Source of the DNA: an uncultured Chloroflexia bacterium
GTDB lineage: Bacteria > Chloroflexota > Limnocylindria > Limnocylindrales > CSP1-4
Assembly (NCBI GenBank): GCA_963763775.1
Contig: CAVXPZ010000001.1
Coordinates: forward strand, 320,001-384,000
Reading direction: 5' to 3'
DNA: 64,000 bases
In this document: positions 46,993 through 57,353 of the stretch, one piece after another
How the letters are laid out: every line of letters begins with the position of its first letter
Position numbering within the stretch: position 1 is the first letter of the stretch
The notes under the pieces: generated by a model
What the model saw: only the letters and a program-made list of their open reading frames with translations
The model's database searches: none
What the model was told of the DNA's origin: nothing
Program-made: the position numbers and the translations under genes

Positions 46993-48124
46993 CATCATCG
47001 CCCACCGTCGGTGGTTCTACGCGATCTCGCTGATCGCGACGATCCCGGGCCTGATCTTCATCCTGCTGACCCCGTTCACCGACCTCGGCCTCCAATTCAC
47101 CATCGACTACACCGGCGGCACGAAGTGGGAGATCAAGTTCGAGAACCCGGCGGTGACGCCGGACCAGGTGGAGGCGGTCTTCAAGGAGCAGGGCCTCGAC
47201 GCCACCGCTGTCACCACGGGCTCCGGCTTCATCGAGATCAAGACCGAGCCGATCGGGCTCGTGGCGGAAGTCCCGACGGCGACACCGGTCGCGACGCTCG
47301 CCCCGAGCGCCGGAAGCTCCGGGTCGCCGGGTGCGAGTGCCAGCGCGGGCGCGAGTGCCAGCGCAGCGCCGAGCGCCAGCCCGAGTCCGGCCCCAAGCGC
47401 CAGCCCATCGCCGTCGGCGTCGCCGGCCGCCGCCGCGGGCAACACGGACCTGCCGACGACCGGCAAGCTCGGTGAGGTCCGGACGGCGCTCGAGGCGACC
47501 CTCGGACCGATCGCCGCCCAGAACAGCCTGACGACCATCGGTCCGGTGGTGAGCTCCGACCTCGTGACGCAAGCCCTGATCCTGATCCTCGTCGGCTCGA
47601 TCGGGATCCTCCTCTGGATCACCTACCGGTTCCGCGACGTGAAGTTCGGCGTGACCGCCCTGGTCGCGCTGCTCCACGACGTCATCGTCGTCGTCGGCGT
47701 CTTCGCGATCCTCGGCACGTTCTGGGGCGTCGAGGTGGACGCCCTCTTCGTGACCGCGATGCTCACGGTCATCGGCTTCAGCGTGCACGACACCATCGTC
47801 GTGTTCGACCGGGTCCGGGAGAACAAGGCGCGGCATGTCGGCGAGCCGTTCCCCGACATCGTGAACCACTCGATCCTGCAGACCTTCGGGCGGTCGATCT
47901 CGACCAGCCTGACGGTCGTCCTGACCCTGCTCGCCCTGTTGTTGTTCGGCGGCTCCGCCATCAGCGAGTTCATCCTGACGCTGCTCATCGGCATCATCTC
48001 GGGGACGTACTCGTCGATCTTCGTGGCCAGTCTGTTGCTCGTGGACTGGCAGCTTCGCGATGACCGGCGACGAGGCCGCGTCGCCGTGATGCGGGCACCC
48101 CGGGTCCGCCGGACCGCTCCCTGA
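46985..48124 (+). CDS. secF: Protein translocase subunit SecF
   Basis: IDYTGG, IGP, LLHDV, GFSVHDTIVVFDRVREN, GTYSSIF. Confidence 0.96.
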   Translation: MFDIIAHRRWFYAISLIATIPGLIFILLTPFTDLGLQFTIDYTGGTKWEIKFENPAVTPDQVEAVFKEQGLDATAVTTGSGFIEIKTEPIGLVAEVPTATPVATLAPSAGSSGSPGASASAGASASAAPSASPSPAPSASPSPSASPAAAAGNTDLPTTGKLGEVRTALEATLGPIAAQNSLTTIGPVVSSDLVTQALILILVGSIGILLWITYRFRDVKFGVTALVALLHDVIVVVGVFAILGTFWGVEVDALFVTAMLTVIGFSVHDTIVVFDRVRENKARHVGEPFPDIVNHSILQTFGRSISTSLTVVLTLLALLLFGGSAISEFILTLLIGIISGTYSSIFVASLLLVDWQLRDDRRRGRVAVMRAPRVRRTAP

Positions 48125-48179
48125 CCCGCGGTCGGCGGGTGGCCAGCGAACTCGTGGTGCAGACCTCCGTGGCATCCTG

Positions 48180-49985
48180 ATGGGCGTGGTCGAACCGCGC
48201 TTCCGATGGACGTTCCCGGCCCCCGTCGACGTCTCGACCTCGCTGGCCGCGGCGGCATCGGCGCGTGGCCTGTCCGACCGGTTCGTCCGAGTCCTGGCTG
48301 CGCGCGGTGTGACCGACGTGGCGTCGCTCGATGCCTGGTTCGCCGACCCGCTGGATGCGCTCCACGATCCGATGCGACTCCCGGACATCGATCGGCTGCT
48401 CGCGAGGCTGCACACGGCTCGCGACCAGGGCGAGCGCGTGATGGTGTTCGGCGACTTCGATGCGGATGGGCTGACCGGACTGACGATCCTCGTCGAGGCC
48501 CTGACGCGGTTCGGGATCGTCGCGGACCCGTACGTCCCGAGTCGGCTGGAGGAGGGCCACGGCCTCTCGGTCGCGGCGATCGAGTCCGCCATCGCGGCCG
48601 GGACCACGGTCATCGTCACCGTCGACTGCGGCACGACGAGCCACGCGGAGATCGCGATCGCGCGGGACCGCGGCATCGACGTCATCGTCACCGACCACCA
48701 CCGCGTCCCGCCCGAGCTGCCGCCCGCCATCGCGGTCGTGAACCCGCACCGGCCCGACTCCGGGTACCCGGACTCGAGGCTCGCGGGGAGCGGCGTCGCC
48801 TTCAAGGTGGCGCAGTCGTTGCTCGCCGACCTTCCTGGGGGAGCCGTGGCGGCGCTCGACCTCGCGGACCTGGCCACGATCGGGAGCGTGGCGGACGTCA
48901 CTCCGATGGTGGGCGAGAACCGCGCGATCGCGCGGATCGGGCTCGAGCGGATCCGCCGTGGGCCGCGGCCGGGCGTCGCCGCGCTGCTGGCCCGCGCCCG
49001 CGTGGACCCGGCGGCCGCGGACCTCGAGACCGTGGCCTTCGCGATCGCGCCCCGGCTCAACGCCGCTGGCCGCATGGGCGAGGCGACCGAGGCGGCGCGC
49101 CTCCTGCTCTCGACGACGATGGAGGACGCCGACCGGCACGCCGACGTCCTCGAGGCCGCGAACCTCGAGCGGCGAGACCTCATGAAGCGGAGCGTCGCCG
49201 AGGCCCGCGCCCTGGTGGACGAGACCATCGCCCCGTCGGCGACCATCGTCCGCGGGCCGTGGAGCGTCGGGATCGTGGGGCTCGTCGCCGCCAGGCTCGC
49301 GGAGGACCTGAGCCGTCCTGCCGTCGTCGGCGCCGAGCTTGGGGACGTCGTCCGGGCCTCGTGCCGCAGCGACGGCAAGCTCGACCTCGGTGCCGCACTC
49401 GAGCGCTGCGCCGACCTCTTCATCCGGTTCGGCGGGCACGCCGGCGCGGCCGGGTTCGAGATCGAGGCGGCCAAGTGGCCGGCGTTCACCGAGCGGTTCC
49501 TCGGACTGGCGGCGACCTCCGCGCCTCGCGACCCGCGCGCGCCGCTGGCCATCGACCTCGCGGTGCCGGCCCTCGACGTCGACTACGCGCTCCTGCGCGA
49601 GCTCGGCGGGCTGGCGCCGACCGGCCCGGGCAATCCGGACCCGCTCGTCGCCGTGCTCGGCCTGACCGTGACGCGGGTCCGCGCGGCGACCGGCGGTCAC
49701 AGCCAGCTCACGCTTCGCCGCCGGCTCGACGTCCTCGACGGGATCGCCTTCGGGCGCCCCGACCTGGCCGAGACGGTCCGCGAGGGGGACACCCTCGACG
49801 TGGTGGCCCGGCTCGTGAGCCGGACGTTCGGCGGGTTCGAGACGCTCCAGCTCGAGATCCGCGATGCCGCGACGGCCGGGATGCATGCCCATGCCGTGGA
49901 AGCGGGCACGCGGACAGGCGCTGGCTCGGTCGGCGCCGCGTCGCCGACCGACTCGACGCCTGCCCTCGCCGGGACCGCCCCGTGA
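48180..49985 (+). CDS. recJ: Single-stranded-DNA-specific exonuclease
   Basis: GDFDADG, TVDCG, TDHH, PRLNAAGR, GGHAGAAG. Confidence 0.93.
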   Translation: MGVVEPRFRWTFPAPVDVSTSLAAAASARGLSDRFVRVLAARGVTDVASLDAWFADPLDALHDPMRLPDIDRLLARLHTARDQGERVMVFGDFDADGLTGLTILVEALTRFGIVADPYVPSRLEEGHGLSVAAIESAIAAGTTVIVTVDCGTTSHAEIAIARDRGIDVIVTDHHRVPPELPPAIAVVNPHRPDSGYPDSRLAGSGVAFKVAQSLLADLPGGAVAALDLADLATIGSVADVTPMVGENRAIARIGLERIRRGPRPGVAALLARARVDPAAADLETVAFAIAPRLNAAGRMGEATEAARLLLSTTMEDADRHADVLEAANLERRDLMKRSVAEARALVDETIAPSATIVRGPWSVGIVGLVAARLAEDLSRPAVVGAELGDVVRASCRSDGKLDLGAALERCADLFIRFGGHAGAAGFEIEAAKWPAFTERFLGLAATSAPRDPRAPLAIDLAVPALDVDYALLRELGGLAPTGPGNPDPLVAVLGLTVTRVRAATGGHSQLTLRRRLDVLDGIAFGRPDLAETVREGDTLDVVARLVSRTFGGFETLQLEIRDAATAGMHAHAVEAGTRTGAGSVGAASPTDSTPALAGTAP

Positions 49986-51238
49986 CCGGTTCCGCGCGCC
50001 CGCCACGGGCGTCCGACCCGTACGGGGTCGGCCCCGTCCGCTCGCTCGTGACGCCCATCCTGGCGGTCGTCGGGCTCGTCCTCGTGGCGGTGTTCACGTT
50101 CAATCTACTCAACGGCGATGTGCCGTTCGTCGGCGGTCCGAAGGCCTCGAACGGCCAGAACGGGAACGGGAATGGCAACGGCGGACCTGAGCTGACCCCG
50201 GCGCCATCGAACGTCGTCATCGTCGAGCCCGACGCGGCCTTCAAGGGCTCGATCGTCTACGCGAAGGCCGGGAACATCTGGGTCCAGTCGGGCAAGGACG
50301 TGAAGCAGGTGACCACGGATGGCGGCGCGTCCATGCCGTCCTGGTCCCCGGACGGCGAGTACATCTACTACATCCGGCTGGAACGCAACCAGAAGGGCTT
50401 CTGGCCGGAGAAGGGCGTCCCGACCCACTACGTGCTCGATGTCCCGGACCTCATGCGGGTCAAGGCCGACGGCAGCGCGCCGCCTGAGCAGCTCGCGACG
50501 GGCAAGTTCAAGCAGGGCCGATACACCTGGTCGTACTGGATCCGGCAACCGGTGGCGTCGCCCGACGGCAAGTCCATCGCGCTCGTCTCGGATGCGCCGA
50601 ACCCCGACCAGAACGACGTCGTCCTCCAGTTCTTCAACCCGGCCACCGGGAAGATCCGGAACGCGGGCGCCTCGGAGTCCGGGTTCCTCGGCCACCAGGA
50701 CCCCGACTGGCGGCCGGACGGTCAAGCCGTCGCGTACGTCCGCAACGGCAAGGACGGGCCCCAGGGGAAGCCCACGATCGTGCGGTACGACCTCGCCACG
50801 AAGAAGACCCGGGCCCTGACCTCGGGCGGGTACTCGACACCGGCCTACTCGCCCGACGGCAAGTACATCGCGGCCACGAGGACGACCAACCTCGGCACGG
50901 ACGTCGTCATCCTCGACGGCGAGAACGGGCGCGAGCTGCTGCGGATCACGAACGACGGGTCCTCCTTCTCGCCGACCTGGTCGCCGGCGGGCGACGCGAT
51001 CGCCTACCTCGACCTGCAGGGGCAGACGGTCGACCTCCGGCTGGCCCAGCTGGACGGCGTCGGCCCCGACTGGACCGTGAAGGACACGACCGCACTGACC
51101 GAGGTATCGGGGCTGGATGCGAGCTCCAAGCCGCACTGGTTCATCCCCGCGAGCGACCTGCCACCGCCCACGCCGGCACCGACCGCCTCCCCGACGCCGC
51201 GCGCGAGTGTCGCGCCGAGCGGCAGCACCGCCCCCTGA
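49982..51238 (+). CDS. Membrane-anchored TolB/PD40 beta-propeller protein
   Basis: N-terminal TM; repeated PSWSPDG/SPDGK/PDWRPDG/PTWSPAG. Confidence 0.85.
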   Translation: MTGSARPPRASDPYGVGPVRSLVTPILAVVGLVLVAVFTFNLLNGDVPFVGGPKASNGQNGNGNGNGGPELTPAPSNVVIVEPDAAFKGSIVYAKAGNIWVQSGKDVKQVTTDGGASMPSWSPDGEYIYYIRLERNQKGFWPEKGVPTHYVLDVPDLMRVKADGSAPPEQLATGKFKQGRYTWSYWIRQPVASPDGKSIALVSDAPNPDQNDVVLQFFNPATGKIRNAGASESGFLGHQDPDWRPDGQAVAYVRNGKDGPQGKPTIVRYDLATKKTRALTSGGYSTPAYSPDGKYIAATRTTNLGTDVVILDGENGRELLRITNDGSSFSPTWSPAGDAIAYLDLQGQTVDLRLAQLDGVGPDWTVKDTTALTEVSGLDASSKPHWFIPASDLPPPTPAPTASPTPRASVAPSGSTAP

Positions 51239-51249
51239 GCCGGGTCCGC

Positions 51250-52122
51250 GTGGCGACCTATCTCGAGCGCCTGGCCGCCCGCTCCGCGGCCACTGGGACC
51301 GTCCTGTGCCTCGGCATCGACCCCGACCCCGCCTCGTTGCCGGCCGGGTTCAGCCCGGACCTCGCCGGCGTCGAACGGTTTGCCGCGCTGCTGGTCGAGG
51401 CGGCGGCGCCGTACGCGGCGGCCGTCAAGCCGAACCTCGCCTTCTTCGAGGCGTTCGGGTCGGCGGGGATCGCGGCCCTCGAGCGCCTGCGGGCCAGCCT
51501 CCCGAGCGGCCTCCCGCTCGTCGCCGATGCGAAGCGCGGGGATATCGGGTCGACCGCCGCCCGCCAGGCCACGGCGCTGTTCGACGTCCTGGGCGCCGAC
51601 GCCGTCACGGTCAATCCGTACCTCGGAGCAGAAGCCATCGGGCCACTCCTGGAACGCCCGGACCGCTTCGCCTACGTGCTCTGCCGGACGTCGAACCCCG
51701 GGGCGGGGGAGCTCCAGGACCTGACGATGCTCGCCGACGCGGACCGGGCGTTCCCGGCTGAATCGCTCCATCGACGGGTCGCGCGGCTGGCGGCCGGCTG
51801 GGGTCCCGGTGGCACGGTCGGACTGGTCGTCGGCGCCACGGCCCCGGCGGAACTCGAGGGCATCCGATCGATCGCCCCGGGTCTGGCCTTCCTGGTCCCC
51901 GGCGTCGGCGCGCAGGGCGGCGAGGTCGAACCGGTCCTGCAGCACGGACCAGCGACGACGACCCCGGCCGGCGGACGGCCCGGCGGCGGGCTGCTGGTGA
52001 ACGTGTCGCGCGGCATCGCCGGTGCGGCCACGGCCGTCGCCGGCGAGGGGCCAGCCGACCCCTTCGAGCGGGTCGCCGCGGCCGCCGCCGACTGGGCGCG
52101 GCGACTCCCTGTGCTACCCTAG
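51250..52122 (+). CDS. pyrF: Orotidine-5'-phosphate decarboxylase
   Basis: LCLGIDP, KPNLAFF, DAKRGDIGST, RTSNPG, LVPGVGAQGG, VNVSR. Confidence 0.95.
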   Translation: MATYLERLAARSAATGTVLCLGIDPDPASLPAGFSPDLAGVERFAALLVEAAAPYAAAVKPNLAFFEAFGSAGIAALERLRASLPSGLPLVADAKRGDIGSTAARQATALFDVLGADAVTVNPYLGAEAIGPLLERPDRFAYVLCRTSNPGAGELQDLTMLADADRAFPAESLHRRVARLAAGWGPGGTVGLVVGATAPAELEGIRSIAPGLAFLVPGVGAQGGEVEPVLQHGPATTTPAGGRPGGGLLVNVSRGIAGAATAVAGEGPADPFERVAAAAADWARRLPVLP

Positions 52123-52205
52123 CCGCCGCACGAACGGGCTGCGAAACCCCCCATTCGACGAGGGGACGGAGCCGAACTCGCCGTTCACAGGAGCACCGCG
52201 TAACG

Positions 52206-52636
52206 ATGCCGAACATCGGAGCCCCAGAGCTCATCGTCATCCTGGTGATCGCGCTTCTCATCCTCGGGCCGGGCAAATTGCCGGAGGTCGGGGCGTCGAT
52301 CGGCAAGAGCATCAAGGAATTCCGCAAGGCGTCGTCCGACGTCCAGGACAGCATGAACATCGATACCTCGCCGCTGCCGCCGGCCGCCGCCCCGGCAGCC
52401 GCCGTCGCCGCGCCGGCCGCGGTCGTCGCCGCTGCCGCAGCGCCTGTCGCCGCGGCGCCGTCGCCGCAGCGCCCGTCGCCGAGGCGCCCGCGCCGGCCGC
52501 CGCGGTCGAGGCGGCTCCCGAACCGGTCGCCGCAGCGGCGGCTCCGGTCGAGGCCGCCGTGGCCCCAGCGCCGGTCCCGGCCGCCGCCGTTCCCGCCGCC
52601 CCGGCGGCCAGCGAGCCGACGCCCGGCAACGACTAG
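52206..52636 (+). CDS. tatA: Twin-arginine translocase TatA (frameshift within the Ala/Pro tail)
   Basis: IGAPELIVILVIALLILGPGKLPEVGASIGKSIKEFRKA. Confidence 0.92.
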
Positions 52637-52660
52637 CCCGCCGCGTCCGACTCCGTCCAG

Positions 52661-53465
52661 ATGGCCGACGCGGACGCCCTTCGCGATCCCGGGGTGACCG
52701 GCGTCCCGGCGACGCCCGAGCCCGCCCCACCTCCGGTCGGCGCGCCGAGCGACGGATCGGTGATGTCGCTCGTCGACCACCTCGGCGAGCTCCGCTCGCG
52801 CCTCTTCAAGGCGATCCTCGCCGTCGCGGTCGGTTCCGTCGGTCGGCTACATCGTTGCCCCGACGGTCCGGAACAAGCTGATCGAGCTCCTGCCCCCGAA
52901 CCCGCAGACCGGCGTCGCCTCGGTCCAGGTCCTCGGGCTCGGTGACGCGTTCATCATCCAGCTCAAGATCTCGATCGTGATCGGGGTCATCCTGGCGATG
53001 CCGGTCCTGCTCTACCAGCTGTGGGCCTTCATCGCGCCCGGTCTCACGCCGTCGGAGCGGCGGACGGTCCGACCCTGGATCCCACTGGCCCTGCTGTTCT
53101 TCGCCCTCGGCGTGGCGATCGCCTATGTCGTGTTGCCGTTCGCGATCCAGTTCCTCCTCGGCTACACCGACGAGCATCTCGTGGAAGGCATCGCCGCCGG
53201 TCCGTACTTCGAGTTCGTCACGACGATGTTCCTGGCGTTCGGCCTCGTCATGGAGTTCCCGATCGTCATGGTCGGGCTGTCTCGCGTGGGCATCCTGACG
53301 TCGGAGCGGCTCGCGGGTTCGCGCCGGATGATCATCCTCGGCATCGCGATCTTCGCCGCGGTCGCGACGCCGGGCGGCGACCTCGTGAGCCCCTTCGTCC
53401 TCGGAGGGACGATGTACATCCTGTTCGAGCTGACCACGCTCTTCATCAAGCGATCCGGCCGGTGA
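52661..53465 (+). CDS. tatC: Twin-arginine translocase TatC (frameshift near 52841)
   Basis: MSLVDHLGELRSRL, YQLWAFIAPGL...E, FG..EFP, TPGGD. Confidence 0.93.
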
Positions 53466-54370
53466 CCGAGCGTCCGGAGGCCGGTGCCACGGGCGAGACC
53501 GCGGCCGAGCCACTCGTCGTCATCGTGAGCGGACTGTCCGGCGGCGGCAAGACCGCGGCCGCCAAGCTGTTCGAGGACATCGGGTACACGGTGGTCGACA
53601 ACCTGCCGGGCGAGCTGCTGCCGGACCTCGCCGAACTCGTGTCGTCCGACCGCGACCGGTTCGCCCGTGTCGCGATCGTCCTCGATGTCCGCGCCGGCGA
53701 CCCCAACCTCGCCCTCGCCGCGATGCGCGGCGCGCTGGAGGGCCGCGGGATCCGGCCGCGCGTCGTCTTCCTCGAGGCCCGCGACGACGTCCTGATCCGT
53801 CGGTTCAGCGAAACGCGCCACCGCCACCCGCTCGGCGCCGACCAGGGGATCGCGAGCTCGATCGCGCAGGAGCGGGCCATCCTCGAGCCGTTGCGCGCCG
53901 AGGCCGACCTCGTCCTGGACACCTCGGACCTCTCGTTGCGAGAGCTCCGCGAACGGCTCTTCGCCCAGGTCGCGACCGCGGCCCGCTCGGACCAGCTTGC
54001 GGTCCAGCTCATCAGCTTCGGGTTCAAGTACGGCCTGCCGCTCGAGTCGGACCTCGTGTTCGACGTCCGGTTCATGGAGAACCCGTTCTACATCGCCGAC
54101 CTGCGGCCGCTCTCCGGCCTCACAGAAGAGGTCCGGACGTTCGTGCTCGACCAGCCGGTCGCCGCGCGGTTCCTGGAGTTCCTGTTCGGGTTCCTCGAGT
54201 TCGCGATCCCGGCCTACGTCTCCGAGGGCAAGACCCGCCTGACGATCGCGGTCGGCTGCACCGGGGGCTACCACCGGTCGATCGTCGTGACCGAGGAACT
54301 CGCGACCTGGCTGCGCGACCGCGACGTCGGTCCGATCGCGGTCTTCCACCGGGAGCTCGAACGGCGATGA
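53462..54370 (+). CDS. rapZ: RNase adapter / P-loop NTPase RapZ (YvcJ)
   Basis: SGLSGGGKT, VDNLP, RFSETRHRHPL, SFGFKYG, DVRF..NP, GCTGG.HRS. Confidence 0.95.
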   Translation: MTERPEAGATGETAAEPLVVIVSGLSGGGKTAAAKLFEDIGYTVVDNLPGELLPDLAELVSSDRDRFARVAIVLDVRAGDPNLALAAMRGALEGRGIRPRVVFLEARDDVLIRRFSETRHRHPLGADQGIASSIAQERAILEPLRAEADLVLDTSDLSLRELRERLFAQVATAARSDQLAVQLISFGFKYGLPLESDLVFDVRFMENPFYIADLRPLSGLTEEVRTFVLDQPVAARFLEFLFGFLEFAIPAYVSEGKTRLTIAVGCTGGYHRSIVVTEELATWLRDRDVGPIAVFHRELERR

Positions 54371-55698
54371 ACCTGCGGCGCTGGCTGACGCCGGGGATCG
54401 GCATCAAGCGCTGGCTGCTCGTGGTGTTCGTCGGGATGCTGGTCCTCGCGCTCGCGGTGGCGCACACGCTGCGCCAGGTCAGCCAGGACCTCGAGCCGGG
54501 GGGCGTCGCGGGCAGCATCCTGGACCTGCTGACGCTCCAGTTCCTTCCGTACCCGCTCCGCGGGCTGATCGTCGGGGTGGTCGGCGTGGCGATCGTGGTG
54601 GTGGGCTCGATCCGTGTCATCCGCGCGTTCATGGACCCGTTCCGCACGACGGACGGGGATCAGCCCCTCGTCGAGGTCATCTACCAGAAGCGGTTCCTCG
54701 CCCGCGGGCCGCGGATCGTCGCGATCGGCGGCGGCACGGGGCTCTCCACGTTGCTGCGCGGGCTCAAGGAGCACACGAGCAACCTGACCGCCGTGGTCAC
54801 GGTCGCCGATGACGGGGGCTCGTCCGGCGTGCTGCGCGACGGGCTCGGGATCCCGCCGGTGGGCGACATCCGCAACTGCATCGCCGCGCTCGCCGATGCC
54901 GAGCCGCTCATGAGCGAGGTCCTCCAATACCGCTTCCCGGTCACCGGGGACGTCGACGCGCCCGGAGTTCCGGGGCTTGGCGGCCACGCCGTCGGGAACC
55001 TGTTGATCGCGGCGATGACCGCGGTCGAGGGCGGGGACTTCGAGGAGGGGATCCGAACCCTGAACCGGATCCTCGCGGTGCGCGGACAGGTCCTTCCTGT
55101 CACCGCGACGCCGCTCACGCTCCACGCCCGCCTCGACGACGGGACCACCGTCGACGGCCAGTCGCTGATCATGCGCACGTCCCACATCGAGCGGGTGTGG
55201 CTCAGTCCCGACGGCGTCGAGCCGTCCGAGGACGTCCTCGCAGCCATCGCCGAGGCCGACGTGATCGTCCTCGGACCGGGCAGCCTCTTCACCAGCCTGC
55301 TGCCGAGCCTTCTGATCCCCGGCCTGTGCGAGGCGATCCTCGCCTCGAGCGCATTGCGCCTCTACGTGTGCAACGTCGCCACCCAGGAAGGCGAGACCGA
55401 GGACCTCGATCTCGCGGGCCACGTCGAGGCCCTCGTGGCGCACACGGCGCCGGGGATCGTCGACGTCGTCCTCGCGAACAACCAGTTCGAAGCGCGCGTG
55501 CCGGAGGGCTGGCCTTCGCGCCCGGTCCGACTGCGCTGGCCGCCCGCCACGACCCCGGTCCCGAAGCTGGTCCTCGACGCGGTGGTCGACCCGGACAACG
55601 CGCACCACCACGACCCGGCAAGCCTCGCCGACAGCATCCTGCACGCCGTCGACGCCGAGGGCGGCGCCCGACGCCGAGCCGTGGCCCGCACCGCGTGA
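54367..55698 (+). CDS. yvcK: YvcK/GlmR/CofD-like protein with N-terminal TM segments
   Basis: IGGGTGLS, VADDGGSSG, GDIRN, GH..GN, GPGSLFTS. Confidence 0.92.
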   Translation: MNLRRWLTPGIGIKRWLLVVFVGMLVLALAVAHTLRQVSQDLEPGGVAGSILDLLTLQFLPYPLRGLIVGVVGVAIVVVGSIRVIRAFMDPFRTTDGDQPLVEVIYQKRFLARGPRIVAIGGGTGLSTLLRGLKEHTSNLTAVVTVADDGGSSGVLRDGLGIPPVGDIRNCIAALADAEPLMSEVLQYRFPVTGDVDAPGVPGLGGHAVGNLLIAAMTAVEGGDFEEGIRTLNRILAVRGQVLPVTATPLTLHARLDDGTTVDGQSLIMRTSHIERVWLSPDGVEPSEDVLAAIAEADVIVLGPGSLFTSLLPSLLIPGLCEAILASSALRLYVCNVATQEGETEDLDLAGHVEALVAHTAPGIVDVVLANNQFEARVPEGWPSRPVRLRWPPATTPVPKLVLDAVVDPDNAHHHDPASLADSILHAVDAEGGARRRAVARTA

Positions 55699-56555
55699 CA
55701 CGCTCCGAGCGCGACCTCGTGTCGGCCCTGCGCGCGGAACTCGCGGCCATCGATCCGGCACGGCCGTGCGATCGCGCCGCCGAGGCGCTCGGACTCGGCG
55801 CGAGCGGTCTGGCCGCCGCGTCCGATGCCCCGCCGCCGACCCTTCGCGATGGACCGGTCGCGCGCCTGGCCGTCCGCCTGCGCCGGGGCGCGGATGACGG
55901 CGGCCCGGAGTTCGACTGGCCGGCGGCGCCCGAGCACTGCCGGACGGCCTGGCTGCGCGGCCGATTCCTCGCGCGGGGATCGCTGAGCCTGGCCGGCGGC
56001 CGCACCCACCTCGAGTTCGTCGTGCCGGCGGATGAGGCCCCGATGCTCGCCGCACGCCTCGCCGACATCGACCTGCCGGCGTCGTGGCGGATCCGGCGCG
56101 GCCGCGGCGTGGTGACCTGGAAGAGCGGCGAGGCCGTCGGCACGTTCCTGCGGCGGATCGGCGGCGGCGGCTCGCTCCTGGAACTCGAGGCCCGCCAGGT
56201 CTCGCGAGCGCTCCGCGGTGACCTGAACCGGGTCCTGAACGCCGAGTCGGCCAACCTCCAACGAGCCGTCAGCGCGGCGGGTCGCCAGCTCGACGCGATC
56301 GCGATCCTCGATGCGGACGGTCGACTCGCCCGGCAGCCGGCCGTGGTCCGGGCCGTGGCGGCGGCTCGCCGCGAGACGCCGGAAGCCACCCTGACGGAGC
56401 TCGCCGAGCGGCTGGCGATCCATCGGTCGCAGGTCCAGCGCTCCCTCGAACGCCTGGAGCGACTGGCGGTGCAGAGCGACGATGACGCCACCGATCGGCC
56501 GGGTGGCCGCCCGACCGCGCCGTCCACCCGCCGCCGATCCGCCGCTCTGGCATGA
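55695..56555 (+). CDS. whiA: DNA-binding protein WhiA
   Basis: WLRGRFLARGS, HLEF, NRVLNAESANL, C-terminal HTH; conserved synteny. Confidence 0.88.
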   Translation: MTRSERDLVSALRAELAAIDPARPCDRAAEALGLGASGLAAASDAPPPTLRDGPVARLAVRLRRGADDGGPEFDWPAAPEHCRTAWLRGRFLARGSLSLAGGRTHLEFVVPADEAPMLAARLADIDLPASWRIRRGRGVVTWKSGEAVGTFLRRIGGGGSLLELEARQVSRALRGDLNRVLNAESANLQRAVSAAGRQLDAIAILDADGRLARQPAVVRAVAAARRETPEATLTELAERLAIHRSQVQRSLERLERLAVQSDDDATDRPGGRPTAPSTRRRSAALA

Positions 56556-56564
56556 TTCGCCACG

Positions 56565-57353
56565 ATGCGTGACGTGATCGTGGCCGCCAACTGGAAGATG
56601 CACACGACCCCGGCCGATGCCGGTGAACTCGCCCGCACGATCGCCGGCCGAACGCGCGAACCGGGCGTGATCCGGGTCATCTGCCCGCCGTATGTCTGCC
56701 TCGCGGCCGTCCGTGACGCGCTGGCGGCCACGGACCCCGACGTCGGCGTCGGGGCGCAGAACGTCCACCACGAGCTCGCGGGCGCCTATACGGGCGAGAT
56801 CGCCGCCCCGATGCTGGTCGGTCTCGCGGGCTGGGTCATCGTCGGGCACTCCGAGCGACGCCGCGATGCCGCGGAGTCCGACGAGCTCATCGGCCGGAAG
56901 CTCGGCCGCGCGGTCGACGCGGGTCTGCGGCCGATCCTGTGCGTCGGCGAGCAACTCGCCGAGCGCGAGGCGGGCCGAGCCGTCGAGGTGGTGGGAGCCC
57001 AGCTGGCCGGCGCGCTGGCGGGCCATGACGCGGCCGAGCTGGCCGCCGCGGGCCTCGTCATCGCCTATGAGCCCGTCTGGGCGATCGGCACGGGCCGCAA
57101 TGCTGTCGGGTCGGACGCGGCGGCGATGGCCGATGCGATCCGCTCCGCACTGGAACGCCTCGGGTGGGGGAGGTCCGCCGCCGACGTGCCGGTCCTCTAC
57201 GGAGGGAGCGTCACGTCCGCCAACATCGGGGAGTTCCTCGCGGAGCCCTCGATCGACGGTGCCCTCGTCGGTGGCGCATCGCTCAAGCCCGACGAGATGG
57301 CCGGGATCGTCGCCCGGGCCGGCATGACCGCCCGCGCTCGCGCCGCGGCGTGA
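56565..57353 (+). CDS. tpiA: Triosephosphate isomerase
   Basis: ANWKM, GAYTGE, GHSERR, AYEPVWAIGTG, YGGSV, LVGGASL. Confidence 0.98.
   Translation: MRDVIVAANWKMHTTPADAGELARTIAGRTREPGVIRVICPPYVCLAAVRDALAATDPDVGVGAQNVHHELAGAYTGEIAAPMLVGLAGWVIVGHSERRRDAAESDELIGRKLGRAVDAGLRPILCVGEQLAEREAGRAVEVVGAQLAGALAGHDAAELAAAGLVIAYEPVWAIGTGRNAVGSDAAAMADAIRSALERLGWGRSAADVPVLYGGSVTSANIGEFLAEPSIDGALVGGASLKPDEMAGIVARAGMTARARAAA

Noticed and set aside
52174-52186. GAAC-N5-GTTC upstream of tatA as an SOS box
   Set aside because: The spacer is 5 nt rather than 4, and the sequence is better explained as part of an RNA stem.
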